Source: a virus
Taxonomy: Duplodnaviria; Caudoviricetes
Length of the DNA stretch: 61,930 bases
IMG/VR virus record: IMGVR_UViG_3300047476_000159
Coordinates: 1 to 61,930 of that record
Direction: 5' to 3' (one strand)
Made by a program: the position numbers and the translations under genes. Shown here piece by piece: positions 1 to 11,300 of this stretch. The notes beneath the pieces are model-generated. The model was not told where the DNA came from, ran no database searches, and saw only the letters and a list, made by a program, of their open reading frames with translations. Each line of letters starts with the position of its first letter. Position 1 is the stretch's first letter.

Positions 1-1376
1 GTCAAATAGCAGGGGTTGTCATGGCCGCGGCAACAAAAGGGGTAAATGCTACTGTTGATTTTGTGAAAAATGCTGCCAATGGTGTAACCGGAGCAATCAA
101 CGGAATTTCTAACTCAGTGGGTCAAGCTATTTCGTCTGGTAACTTTGCGGCTAATATGTCTCAAACATTGACAGGTGGATTATCTTCTATCAGTAGCGCA
201 CTTAGTGGTATAGGTAAATCCGCAACCGCCGGACTATCTGGTTTACTGGATAGCGCAAAAGGTGTAGCCGGATCTGCTTTTGCGGCAGTTACTAATGTGT
301 TTAAACCAATGAAGGCAGGAGTCCCACAGAATCTAACACAGCTTGCCGCAAAAAATGCGACAGAGGCGGCACAAGCCGTCAACGGTGCAGGTTCAACACT
401 AAGTGGTATTACAAAAAACATAACCGGAGCTGTGGGCGGAATCACTAGCGGAGTCACTAGTGCTGTTAACGGATTAACTAGTAGCATCAGTGGGACAATA
501 TCCAGTGTTGCTAGTGTCGCTAGTAAAATAGGGTCAGGAATTACATCCGCAGTGACATCAGTTACAGGCTCAGTTAACAGTGTAGTAGCTTCTATTGGTT
601 CTGGTCTTAGTGGTATACCCGGCGGTACCAAAACAGTGTCAACCGTAATCAATAATGCCCCCGGAGCTACGAACAAGGTGCCCGGTACAGCAGAAGTAAC
701 CGCATTAATTAATAATGCGTCAACTGCTATTAACAATTCTATAAGTTCAGCGACTGCTGCCGCAACCTCTTTGGTAGGATCAGTGGCGTCTGTCGGTAAC
801 TCTGTGAATAATGTTATAGGATCAGCAACATCATTGATAGGTTCACCTTCCGGTTCATTGTCTAACATAACAGGTTCAGCCGAAGCAGCCATCAAAGGCG
901 GACTTGACGGTCTAAAGAAAAGCACTGATGGTTTAGCTTCAATGGTAACTTCAGGACTTCCACCTGGTGCTGCATCAGAATTAAACGCGGCAATAAGTTC
1001 ATTGAGTGCCGGCGGTCCGATACCAATTAAATTACCAACAGTAGCTGTAGGCACAACAGACCGATCAGAAATATCTGCTCAACTAGGATCATTGTTGGGT
1101 AGTAAAAAAATACCAGTGCCCAACTTTGATAATCAAGGAACTGCGGCTGCATCTGATAAGTTAAATAAATTACTAGACCAGCAAGGAAAATTATTAGCAG
1201 AAGCTAACGCACTGGACGACCAGTATTTTGCTGCCATGAAGGCATATAGAGATGCTAAAGCAGACTTACCACAAGGCGATCCTGCGATTGAAGAAGCAAG
1301 ATTAGCCGCAGTTGCGATTTCAGAAAAGAAAACAGCACTATTAAAACAAGTCAGCGATCTTGCCAATCTAGCTTGA
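1..1376 (+). CDS. Ser/Gly/Ala/Thr-rich low-complexity virion/baseplate-region protein, 5'-truncated by the window edge
   Basis: The frame is open from position 3 through the ATG at 21. It has amphipathic S/G/A/T repeats and a C-terminal helical segment, and lies directly before the gp25-like gene. Confidence 0.6.
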   Translation, partial: QIAGVVMAAATKGVNATVDFVKNAANGVTGAINGISNSVGQAISSGNFAANMSQTLTGGLSSISSALSGIGKSATAGLSGLLDSAKGVAGSAFAAVTNVFKPMKAGVPQNLTQLAAKNATEAAQAVNGAGSTLSGITKNITGAVGGITSGVTSAVNGLTSSISGTISSVASVASKIGSGITSAVTSVTGSVNSVVASIGSGLSGIPGGTKTVSTVINNAPGATNKVPGTAEVTALINNASTAINNSISSATAAATSLVGSVASVGNSVNNVIGSATSLIGSPSGSLSNITGSAEAAIKGGLDGLKKSTDGLASMVTSGLPPGAASELNAAISSLSAGGPIPIKLPTVAVGTTDRSEISAQLGSLLGSKKIPVPNFDNQGTAAASDKLNKLLDQQGKLLAEANALDDQYFAAMKAYRDAKADLPQGDPAIEEARLAAVAISEKKTALLKQVSDLANLA

Positions 1377-1382
1377 TAAATA
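1375..1382 (+). promoter_or_regulatory. T4-like late promoter
   Basis: GATAAATA upstream of gp25. The same (A)TAA(A/G)TA core recurs in most intergenic gaps. Confidence 0.7.
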
Positions 1383-1397
1383 TCTTAGAGGTTAATT

Positions 1398-1847
1398 ATG
1401 CCAACATATATCGGATTCAGTACTATAAATGCTAACAAACCAAAATCAACTAACATGACTGCTGGCGTTGACGGCGGCACTGGATCGCTAAACTCTCCAG
1501 TAATTACCGGAAAGAAGTTTAGATTAGTAGATGAGCAACTCGTGTTACGTGATTTTGTAAACGCACTCAATATTCCTATCGGGCAAAAAGTAGGGCAACC
1601 TGGATATGGAACTACACTTTGGTCTTTTGTTTTTGAACCAAACACGGCCGATGTACAATTTCAATTAGAAGATGAAATTCGTAGAGTTGCTAGTCTAGAC
1701 CCTAGATTATTGGTTAACAGTGTGCGCGCCTTCCCGCAGGAAAACGGCATTTTACTAGAAGTAGAAATAGCAGTAGCACCGTTTAACAACGCACAAATGA
1801 TGAGTATCTTTTTCGATCAAGACGACAATCAAGCCAGAGTACAGTAA
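1398..1847 (+). CDS. Baseplate wedge protein, GPW/gp25 family
   Basis: 149 aa with the pattern D-x-x-N-x-L-N-I-x-x-G-Q-K-x-x-x-P-x-Y-G-T-x-L-W-x-x-x-F-E-P...DPR typical of gp25. GAGG RBS and an upstream late promoter. Confidence 0.85.
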   Translation: MPTYIGFSTINANKPKSTNMTAGVDGGTGSLNSPVITGKKFRLVDEQLVLRDFVNALNIPIGQKVGQPGYGTTLWSFVFEPNTADVQFQLEDEIRRVASLDPRLLVNSVRAFPQENGILLEVEIAVAPFNNAQMMSIFFDQDDNQARVQ

Positions 1848-1867
1848 AAATCGGTGTTTTCAGGTAT

Positions 1868-1875
1868 GATAAATA
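1868..1875 (+). promoter_or_regulatory. T4-like late promoter
   Basis: GATAAATA upstream of the gp6-like gene. Confidence 0.7.
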
Positions 1876-1895
1876 CATAAAAGAGAACACTATCC

Positions 1896-4800
1896 ATGGC
1901 TACAAGTTCAAGACAATCCGCACTATTCGGTGTAAACGACTGGAAAGCGATTTATCAGACTTTCCGCGAAGCTGATTTTAGAAGCTACGACTATGAAACA
2001 CTACGTAAGAGTTTCATCGATTATTTGCGTGTATACTACCCTGAAACATATAACGATTATGTTGAGTCAAGCGAATTCATTGCGTTATTAGACGTTATTG
2101 CGTTTATGGGTCAAGGCCTCGCTTTCCGCAACGACTTGAATACACGTGAAAACTTCATGGATACTGCGGAGCGTAGAGATTCAGTTGTTAAGTTAGCTAA
2201 TTTGGTATCTTATACCCCAAAACGTAACTTAACAGGTCAGGGATATATCAAAGTCACATCAATTCAGACTACTCAAAATATAAGTGATTTGAATGGATTT
2301 AATTTATCTAATGTTCCTATATTATGGAACGATCCAGCTAACCCTAACTGGTTAGAACAATTCAACACAATCATCAATGCTACACTAATCACTACCCAAC
2401 GTGTGGGCAGACCGGGAAATACAGCACAAATATTAGGTATCAAAACAGACGAATATTCAATGAGTATTCCATCTAACAGTTTACCTATAGTCCCGTTCAG
2501 TTCAACAGTCGATGGAATAAACATGGGATTTGAATTAGTATCCAGTACTAGTATCGATGAAGATTATGTATATGAAATTCCACCTGCTCCTAGTGGAAAA
2601 TTCAATATTTTATATCGTAATGACAAATTAGGTTACGGTAGCCCGAACACCGGATTCTTCTTTTATTTCAAGCAAGGATCACTACAAAACTTTGACTTTA
2701 ACCTACAACAACAGATCAGTAACCAAGTGATTGATATTGACATTCAAGGTATCAATAACACTGATACATGGTTATATCAACTAAACACTAATAACTTGAC
2801 AACACCTAGAATATTGTGGAACAAAGTTGAAAACGTTTATGCTGACGCATATCTACAATCAGAAACGTCAGACAAAAAGATATTCTCAGTTAATTCTAGA
2901 TTCAATGACCAAGTAAGTTACGTATTTGGCGATGGAGTTTTCAGTGAGATTCCGGTTGGTAATTTCCGTGCGTATGTTCGAGCCGGCAATGCGTTGACTT
3001 ATACGATTGATCCAACTGAGATGCAAGGCATCTCCGTAAGTTTTTCATATATCAGCCGATTAGGTCGTCAAGAAACACTGACATTAACTTTAGACCTACA
3101 AACACCCGTAACTACTGCACAATCACGTGAGTCTTTGTCAGAAATTAAGCAACGTGCTCCTACACGTTATTACACACAGAACCGTATGGTTAACGGTGAA
3201 GATTATAATAATTTCCCATATACTTTGTATAGTTCTATTATTAAGTCAAAGGCTATTAACCGTTCTAGTGTAGGTGTATCTAAGAACTTAGACTTGTTAG
3301 ATCCTACGGGTAAATATTCAAGCACAAATAGTTTTGCTTCAGATGGAGCATTGTACCAAGACAATACCAACGGTGATGACTTGTTGACAATCAATAGCGC
3401 CGGCGACATTATCACTTATTTGACTGATAATCTAGCGGCGGTATTGGCTGGTACTAGAGCTAACCAATACTATCTACAGAATTATACACGATACGATATC
3501 GATGAAGCATCAGGTGACGGAGAAGTATTTTGGAATACTTCAACAGTAGATGCTAATAGTATTACTGGTTATTTTTATGGAATACTAAATCAAGCCGATA
3601 CTCCTATCGCTGTAGGTACATATTCTACTAACAACGTAAAATATATAACCAAGGGCGCTATGGTTAAATTCACTGCGCCAACTGGTTATTACTTTGACGA
3701 CAACAATCGTCTAGTAGCCGGCGCCGCCGGGCAAACTCGCAAAACATATTTTTGGACTAGTGTACTAAATGTATTAGGTGATGGCTATAATAACGGTGAA
3801 GGTAATTTTACCAACGGAGTCGGCCCTATTACATTAAATGGTTATGTTCCATCAGACGCAATTTTAACTACAGTAATTCCAACGTTCGATAACACATTGA
3901 GTAACAACATTATTCAAGAATGTATTGTTAGAATGGAATTACAACAAAGTTTTAGTTTAGTGTTTAATAACTCATTGACTATCGCACAAGAGCGTTGGTC
4001 AATTGAACAACCAAACGCAACTGGATGGTTTGTAAACTTTGAGAGTATAAGCGGTACAACAAGCAATCGCTATAATGTAACTTACCGTTCTTTAGCTTAC
4101 TATTTTGGTAGTGTAGCTGATACTCGTTTCACGTTTGAAAATGGTAAGCTAGTTTATGATCCGTTTACCGGAAAGATATTACAAGACTATATCAGTGTAT
4201 TGGCTACAAATACAAAGCCAGGTAGCAACTATCCATTGGTAGCTCCGATCAGAGCAAGTATCATAGGACAGACGGTTCAGAATGATGGTTATGTTAATGA
4301 TTATGCTATCGAAGTAGCTAGTATCGACACCAACAACAGAAATATTATTTTAGATCCCGACTTCTTCACTACAGTGACTGGTTATCAGTCAGGTACAACT
4401 AATATTGGAATCTATACCTTCTTTGAACTTGTTGAAGATGCTATTAATCTTTCTAGATACCAGATAATTCCTTCTACTTCCGTAGTATATAGTTATCCAA
4501 CTAAGACACAAATTGAAGTAGCTAAGTATGAATATCCAGAAGGTCAATTATTCTACGCATATTCTGATAATAAATTCTACACATCAGTACAAGATGACAC
4601 AGTAACTACACCTTATTATATTTTAGTAGAGCAACCACAATATACTGTTCTGCCTGGTAGACAAGGGTTACAGTTCCAGTATCGCCATAATAGTAATAAC
4701 ACTGTTCGTATTGATCCAGCAACTACTAATATTATTGACCTATATCTAGTGACACAATCATATTATACTGCCTATCAAAATTGGATCCAGGATTCTACTG

Positions 4801-5282
4801 GGACAGTTCCAATGCCAAACAAACCTACTATCAATGAATTAAGTCAAGAATATGGTAAGATTCAAGATTACAAGATGTTGAGTGACAGCGTAGTTCCAAA
4901 CTCAGTAGTGTTCAAACCACTGTTTGGTGCTAAGGCAGCGCCAGCGCTGAGAGCTACTATCAAGGTAATAAAAAATAATAGCACTAACGCTAGTGATAGC
5001 GAAATACGTAGTGCTGTTTTAACTGCGATGAACAATTATTTCGCCATAAATAATTGGAATTTCGGAGATACATTCTATTTCAGTGAATTAAGCGCATATC
5101 TTCATGCTGAAGTTGGTGAATTAATCAGTTCTGCTGTGTTAGTTCCTAATGACGCTAACATGCACTTTGGTGATTTATATGAAATTAAATGTGAACCTTA
5201 CGAAATTTTTGCTAACGCCGCTACAGCAAATGATGTGGTTGTAATTTCAGCACTCACACCCGCCGAATTACAGATAAGATAA
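1896..5282 (+). CDS. Baseplate wedge subunit, T4 gp6/baseplate-J-like
   Basis: N-terminal YDYETLRKSFIDYLR...NDYVESSEFIALLD...ENFMDTAERRDSV, plus FGDGVFSEIP and ES-x-x-E-I-K-x-R-A-P-x-x-Y-x-T-Q-N-R-x-V-x-x-E-D-Y motifs characteristic of gp6. Follows gp25. Confidence 0.85.
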   Translation: MATSSRQSALFGVNDWKAIYQTFREADFRSYDYETLRKSFIDYLRVYYPETYNDYVESSEFIALLDVIAFMGQGLAFRNDLNTRENFMDTAERRDSVVKLANLVSYTPKRNLTGQGYIKVTSIQTTQNISDLNGFNLSNVPILWNDPANPNWLEQFNTIINATLITTQRVGRPGNTAQILGIKTDEYSMSIPSNSLPIVPFSSTVDGINMGFELVSSTSIDEDYVYEIPPAPSGKFNILYRNDKLGYGSPNTGFFFYFKQGSLQNFDFNLQQQISNQVIDIDIQGINNTDTWLYQLNTNNLTTPRILWNKVENVYADAYLQSETSDKKIFSVNSRFNDQVSYVFGDGVFSEIPVGNFRAYVRAGNALTYTIDPTEMQGISVSFSYISRLGRQETLTLTLDLQTPVTTAQSRESLSEIKQRAPTRYYTQNRMVNGEDYNNFPYTLYSSIIKSKAINRSSVGVSKNLDLLDPTGKYSSTNSFASDGALYQDNTNGDDLLTINSAGDIITYLTDNLAAVLAGTRANQYYLQNYTRYDIDEASGDGEVFWNTSTVDANSITGYFYGILNQADTPIAVGTYSTNNVKYITKGAMVKFTAPTGYYFDDNNRLVAGAAGQTRKTYFWTSVLNVLGDGYNNGEGNFTNGVGPITLNGYVPSDAILTTVIPTFDNTLSNNIIQECIVRMELQQSFSLVFNNSLTIAQERWSIEQPNATGWFVNFESISGTTSNRYNVTYRSLAYYFGSVADTRFTFENGKLVYDPFTGKILQDYISVLATNTKPGSNYPLVAPIRASIIGQTVQNDGYVNDYAIEVASIDTNNRNIILDPDFFTTVTGYQSGTTNIGIYTFFELVEDAINLSRYQIIPSTSVVYSYPTKTQIEVAKYEYPEGQLFYAYSDNKFYTSVQDDTVTTPYYILVEQPQYTVLPGRQGLQFQYRHNSNNTVRIDPATTNIIDLYLVTQSYYTAYQNWIQDSTGTVPMPNKPTINELSQEYGKIQDYKMLSDSVVPNSVVFKPLFGAKAAPALRATIKVIKNNSTNASDSEIRSAVLTAMNNYFAINNWNFGDTFYFSELSAYLHAEVGELISSAVLVPNDANMHFGDLYEIKCEPYEIFANAATANDVVVISALTPAELQIR

Positions 5283-5285
5283 GTA
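5278..5285 (+). promoter_or_regulatory. Late promoter variant
   Basis: GATAAGTA upstream of the giant gene. Confidence 0.55.
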
Positions 5286-5311
5286 CTATATAACCATAGA
5301 GAATTTTTACA

Positions 5312-8300
5312 ATGGCAACAAGAATCAGAACACTAAACTTTTTACCTGATGTTTTTAAAACACAAACAAATAGTCAATTCTTACAGGCTACGCTAGATCA
5401 ACTAGTAGCACAGCCTAACACAAAAAGAATTGAGGGCTATATTGGTAGTAAGTTTGGTTATGGTATTAACGCAAAAGATTATTATGTGACTGAGCCTACT
5501 AAGGTTCGCACTGATTATCAATTAGATCCCGGTGTTGTATTTTTAAAAGACAACCAAGAGACAGCTAAAGATTTCATTAGTTATCCGGGTATAATTGATG
5601 CGTTAAAACTAGAAGGTGGAATTACTAGTGATAACAACCGTTTGTTTAACAACCAGTTTTATTCATGGGATTCATTTACTGGTCTAGATAAAATCATCAA
5701 CTTTAATCAGTATTACTGGTTACCTGAGGGTCCTGATCGTGTTACAGTTGCCACTGAAACTGTATTCTCAACTAATGCGTATGTTGTAACTGACGCTACT
5801 AATGGATACATTATAGCACCGGAAAATCAAACTGGTTCTATGAATCCAGTGTTAACACTATTACGTGGCGGTACATATACATTCTCAGTAAATCAACCTA
5901 CTCAGTTTTGGATTCAGGGAGCGCCGGGCGTTACTGGCTACAGCCCCACACAACCTAACGTACAAACACGTGACGTATTAGGTGTTAATAATAACGGCGC
6001 TAGCGCCGGTGTAGTTACTTTCACTGTGCCTACAAAAGATGCGCAAGCAGAATATACTAACTTGCCAGGTACAAACACAGTAGACATTGTTTCTACTGCT
6101 CCGTTCGATCAAATTAACGGAAAACGTTTAAGTGAAATAAACAATATTGATGGTATAACATCACTCAGTGGTCTTACACTGATGTTTTACAATACCGGTG
6201 TAGTGAATGAAACTGGTTATATTTCAAAATTCTACGACACTACGTTATATGATGAAGACGGTGGCGTTTCATACAATGAATCAATGTATCCTGGTTCTGC
6301 TGTAGACTTTAATAATTTTGATGGTGGATACTATACTAACGTTAGTGGAACTATATACACTGTTACATATACTGGTGATCTTTCTGATCCTACTATTAAA
6401 TTAATTGATACTGGTTCTATTCCAACTAACCAAAAAATTACTGTAAACTACGGTACCGAGTGGATATCTAGAAACTTCTTCAGAAACATTGCAGGTACTA
6501 TTGAATTAATTCCTTATCTAAGCGCAATCTTAGATACCTTGTATTACCAAGATGGAACTAACCCTAACAAGGTTGGTGTCATCAAACTTATTGACAGTAA
6601 CGTAACGAATACATTGGATATTGAAACTGAGATTCTAGGAAGAAAACAGTACACCGCATCTAACGGAGTAGTCTTCACTAATGGTTTAAAGGTTGTATTC
6701 CAAGGTGACATATATCCTAGTAGTTATAAAAATATTCCTTTTTATGTTGAAGGTGTTGGTACCGCAATTGAATTGATTCCGGAATCAGATATGATTGTAC
6801 CTGAGTTGTTTACTCAAGGTACATATACCCCATATGACTCATTGCCATATGATATTGGTAACTTTGACGTAACACTATATGTACCGGTCACTCCTGACTA
6901 CATTACTATTGCTAGAAATAGCATAGATAAAAATGCTTGGAGTCGTAGTAACCGTTGGTTCCACATTGATGTTATCAACGCAACAGCAACATACAATCAA
7001 AATCCATCTTACGTAACTCAAGCGGCCACATCAGAAAATAAAGCCAAAAGACCAATCATTGAATTCTATCCTAATCTAAGATTGTTTAACTCAGGTATTA
7101 TTGGTAAAGCTCCTATCGACTTTATTGATTTTAGGTCTACTGACGCATTATCAGAGGTGTCAGGTCACTATGAATATTATCCTGATGTAGCATCATACAC
7201 TGGGTATGATTCTGTCATTACTGGTGTTTCAGGTACTAGTACTTTAAGTGGTATTACTGAAACAAAAGCAAGTACCAACGTAGTTATCTGTGCTGATACT
7301 TCTAGCCTGTTTGTAAATGACATTATTGTTTTTGCGAATAGCATTGGTGGTATTGTAGCAGGAACAACATATTACGTTCAGTCTATCCCTAATTCTACTC
7401 AGTTCACTGTGTCTACTGAAAAGAACGGTGACCCATTAGTATTGTCTACTGCCACAGTTTCTACATCAGCGACCGTAACACCACAGAGCACAACAATTAC
7501 ATTATTAACAGATAGTATCGTAGGATCTATTGCTGTAGGACAATATGTAGTTGACACATATGAGAGCACTACTGACGTATCCGTGCTACCAACGAATACC
7601 TATGTTTCAGCCGTAGAAGCCGGTACTACAGAAACTGTCATTACAGTATCATGGAATCTAAACGTTCCGATCACTATCAATAGTGTTACTAATTCCTGTA
7701 TCAATTCAACTGACACCACAGTAGATAACTATGCGGTGTTTGATGGAGCAAGATTAGTATTTGCGGCTGACTCTAACTTGTCAGTCAGAAATAAAATTTA
7801 TGTTGCTAGAATGTCTAGTATTGCTGGTTCTACTCCTGTCATTACATTGACAGAAGCCAGTGACGGTCAAATTCTAGTTGACGACCAAACAGTAGCATAT
7901 AGAGGTTTTAATTATCAAGGTAAAGATTTATACTTCAATGGATTACATTGGGTATTAGGACAACAAAAGAATACTATAAATCAACCACCTAAGTTTGATG
8001 TGTTTGATAGCAATGGTGTAAGTTTAAGCAACAGTGATATCTATGTGGGTTCTAGCTTTACTGGGACCACATTGTTCAGTTATGGAATTGGTGTAGGGGC
8101 TGATGATTCTATTTTAGGAATACCATTACGCTACTCTAGCGTGGATAACATAGGTGATATATCATTTGATGTTACGCTAAACTCAGACACCTTCGACTAC
8201 GTAAGTGGTACATCGCCTGTCACAGAAAAAATTAACATTGGATATGTATATGACTATTCTTCTCGTCTAGATTATACTAGACAATTAGGATGGCAAACTG

Positions 8301-11300
8301 CTGTTAGCCCTAGCATACAATATCAGGTATTCAGTTTCGACTATGTAGCTGAAAATCCAACTAGCACCTTTGTTTGCGATGTTGCTGTGTCATCTGATGA
8401 TTCTACTAACTGGCCAACAATTCAAGTATTCATCAATAATGAATACCAAGATCCAGCAAACTACACAGTAAGCTCTACTGACAATACTACAACAGTTGAA
8501 CTATCAGTAAACTCATTGGTAGACACTGTAGTTCAAATCTTAGTATTGAGCGATCAAGTAAGCAAGACAGCTTATTACCAAATTCCATGGAACTTAAATA
8601 ACAACCCATTGAACCAAGATATCACTGTAGTTAACGTAGGTGATATACGAGGTCAATACCAAAGTATTTTCTATAACAACCCAAACACCACCGGTGTAGT
8701 ATTCGGGTCTAACAACTATAGAGACTTAGGTAACATGGTGCCATGGGGTAACAAGATTATTCAGAACTCTGCTAGCTTAGTATTGCCGGGCGCATTCTTG
8801 CGTCAGCAGAATCATAACTTGTTTGATGCGTTACAATACAACAGTCAACGTTATATTACATTTAAAACAATGTTGGTAGATACAGTAAACAGTACTGAGT
8901 ACACAGTTTACACTCCACCGGCTCAAATGCTTGATGATGCGTTAGACCAAATGTCATCATATAAAACAGACAGTGAACCTTTCTTCTGGTCTGATATGTT
9001 GCCATCAAAGGCTGCGTACATAACTAACACGTACAGTTTCGCTAACTCATTGGATGTATCCATATATCCATTAAGTAGAATATACGACCTTACTACTGCT
9101 AATTATTATGGCGTTCTTGTGTATCTATCCAGAACTGTTGACGGTCTAAGCAACACTACACAATTAATTAGAGGCATTGATTATACAGTTAGCGCAGATA
9201 GTCCTTCTTTGACTATTGAAACTGACTTACTGCCCGGCGACACGATCACTATCAAAGAATATAATCAAACATATGGTAGCTATTGCCCAAATACTCCTAC
9301 TAAATTAGGATTGTACCCAGCGACAGTTCCAGGTGTTGTTTTAGATAGCGCATACACACAACCTACATATTTTATCGTAGGTCACGACGGATCCTTCAAC
9401 AAACTATACGGCAGTTACAATGAAACTACCGGACAATTGGAAGACTTTAGAGACAAAGTATTGTTAGAGTTTGAAACTCGTGTATATAACAACCTCAAAC
9501 TTTCTAACGTTATACCTGTACAAGAATACGAAGTTCTACCTGGATTCTTTAGAAATACAGATTACTCATACAGTGAAATTATGAATATCTATTCTGAAGG
9601 TTTCTTGAACTGGATCGGTCAAAACCGCATCGAATACAAGCGACAAATATATCAGAACGGAAATCAATATTCATATAACTACAGAAACAGTGGCAACAAA
9701 TTAGATGGTGCCCCTATTGAACAAGGATATTGGAGAGGTATGTATCAGTACTTCTACGATACATCTACTCCTGATACCACCCCATGGGAAATGTTAGGGT
9801 ACAAAAATGAACCATCATGGTGGGAATCACGTTACGGTGCGGCACCTTATACTAGTGATAACTTAGTATTATGGGGTGACCTAGCAAACGGTTATGATTG
9901 GAACAACGGTGTTCCGGTTACACTAGAGCAGTATAAGCGTCCAGGATTATTGAGTGTGCTACCAGTTGACACTGCTGGTAATCTAGTATCACCTTTAGTC
10001 TCTATTGTTGGTAACTACAACAGTAATACATTCCAGCGTGACTGGCAAGTAGGAGACGTTGGCCCTGCGGAATTCTCATACCGTCGTTCTAGTTCATGGC
10101 CATTTGACTTAATGCGTATATTAGCGTTAACTAAACCTGCTGAATTTTTCACCTTAGCCATTGATGTAGACCACTACAAATACAATGTGGAGTTTAATCA
10201 ATACCTAGTAAACAACAGAAGCCACTTGGTGTTAAGCGATATCGATATCTATGGATCAGGTGAAGCAGTTACCAGTTATATCAATTGGATTGTTGATTAC
10301 GAAAAACAAGTAGGTGTTGATGCTACTGCGCAAATCCAAGATATGTTGAACACATTAGATGTTCGCTTGGTATACCGTCTAGCTGGCTTCTCTGATAAAG
10401 ACTTGTTAAAGTTTTATGTTGAGAAGGGAACACCTAACAGCAATAATTCTTCACTGTTAATCCCAGACGAGAGTTACGGGGTGTTATTATATGACAATCA
10501 ACCTTTCGAACAGATAACGTTTAGTGGTGTGGTAGTTCAATTAAGCACTAACGGATATAAAGTATACGGCAACAGTCAAACAACCGCATACTTTAAAACA
10601 GTAAAACCAAAAATTAATGGTAATTATAACAACGTAATCATCGAAGATGTTTCTGTTAGAATACCAAACGACTATTACGATGACGTAGTATTAGTTCCCT
10701 ATGGAACAGAGTTCTACACAGCACAAGAAGTTGCTATATTCTTAGCTGGATATGGTAAGTTTTTAGAATCTCAGGGAATGATATTCAACCAGATTGAAAA
10801 CGGAATAGAGTTAACATGGGCACAAATGGTCGCCGAGTTCTTATACTGGTCTCAAATGGGCTGGGAAGTCGGATCTATTGCTACTATTAACCCTGCGGCT
10901 GGTAGAATTTTAATTGATAAAGATAGTAATATTGTTCAACCGTTGACATTAGAAAAACACAATTTTGTGTTGAATCAAACCTTGTTCCCGATTGACGTTA
11001 ATAACTTATCTATTGTTCGAGACAACACTGCGTTTACCGTAGAGCCATTGAACCAAGGTGATACATTATCATATGGACAATTCAATGTAAGTAATTTTGA
11101 GCACGGTATCGTATTTGACAATACAACATTGTTTGGCGATGTGATTTATAATCTGGTTACTGGATTACGCCAAGTTCGTATAGTTGTACGTGGTACAAAA
11201 ACAGCCGAATGGAACGGAACAATTGATGCTCAAGGATTCATCTTAAATCAAGACAACATAGTTGAGTGGAGTACTACTCGTAAGTATGCTCCTGGTGAAA

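Noticed and set aside
161-1054. 297-aa reverse-strand ORF
   Set aside because: It is the antisense shadow of a low-complexity + strand gene and has no RBS or motif. The same applies to the other short minus-strand ORFs in the track.
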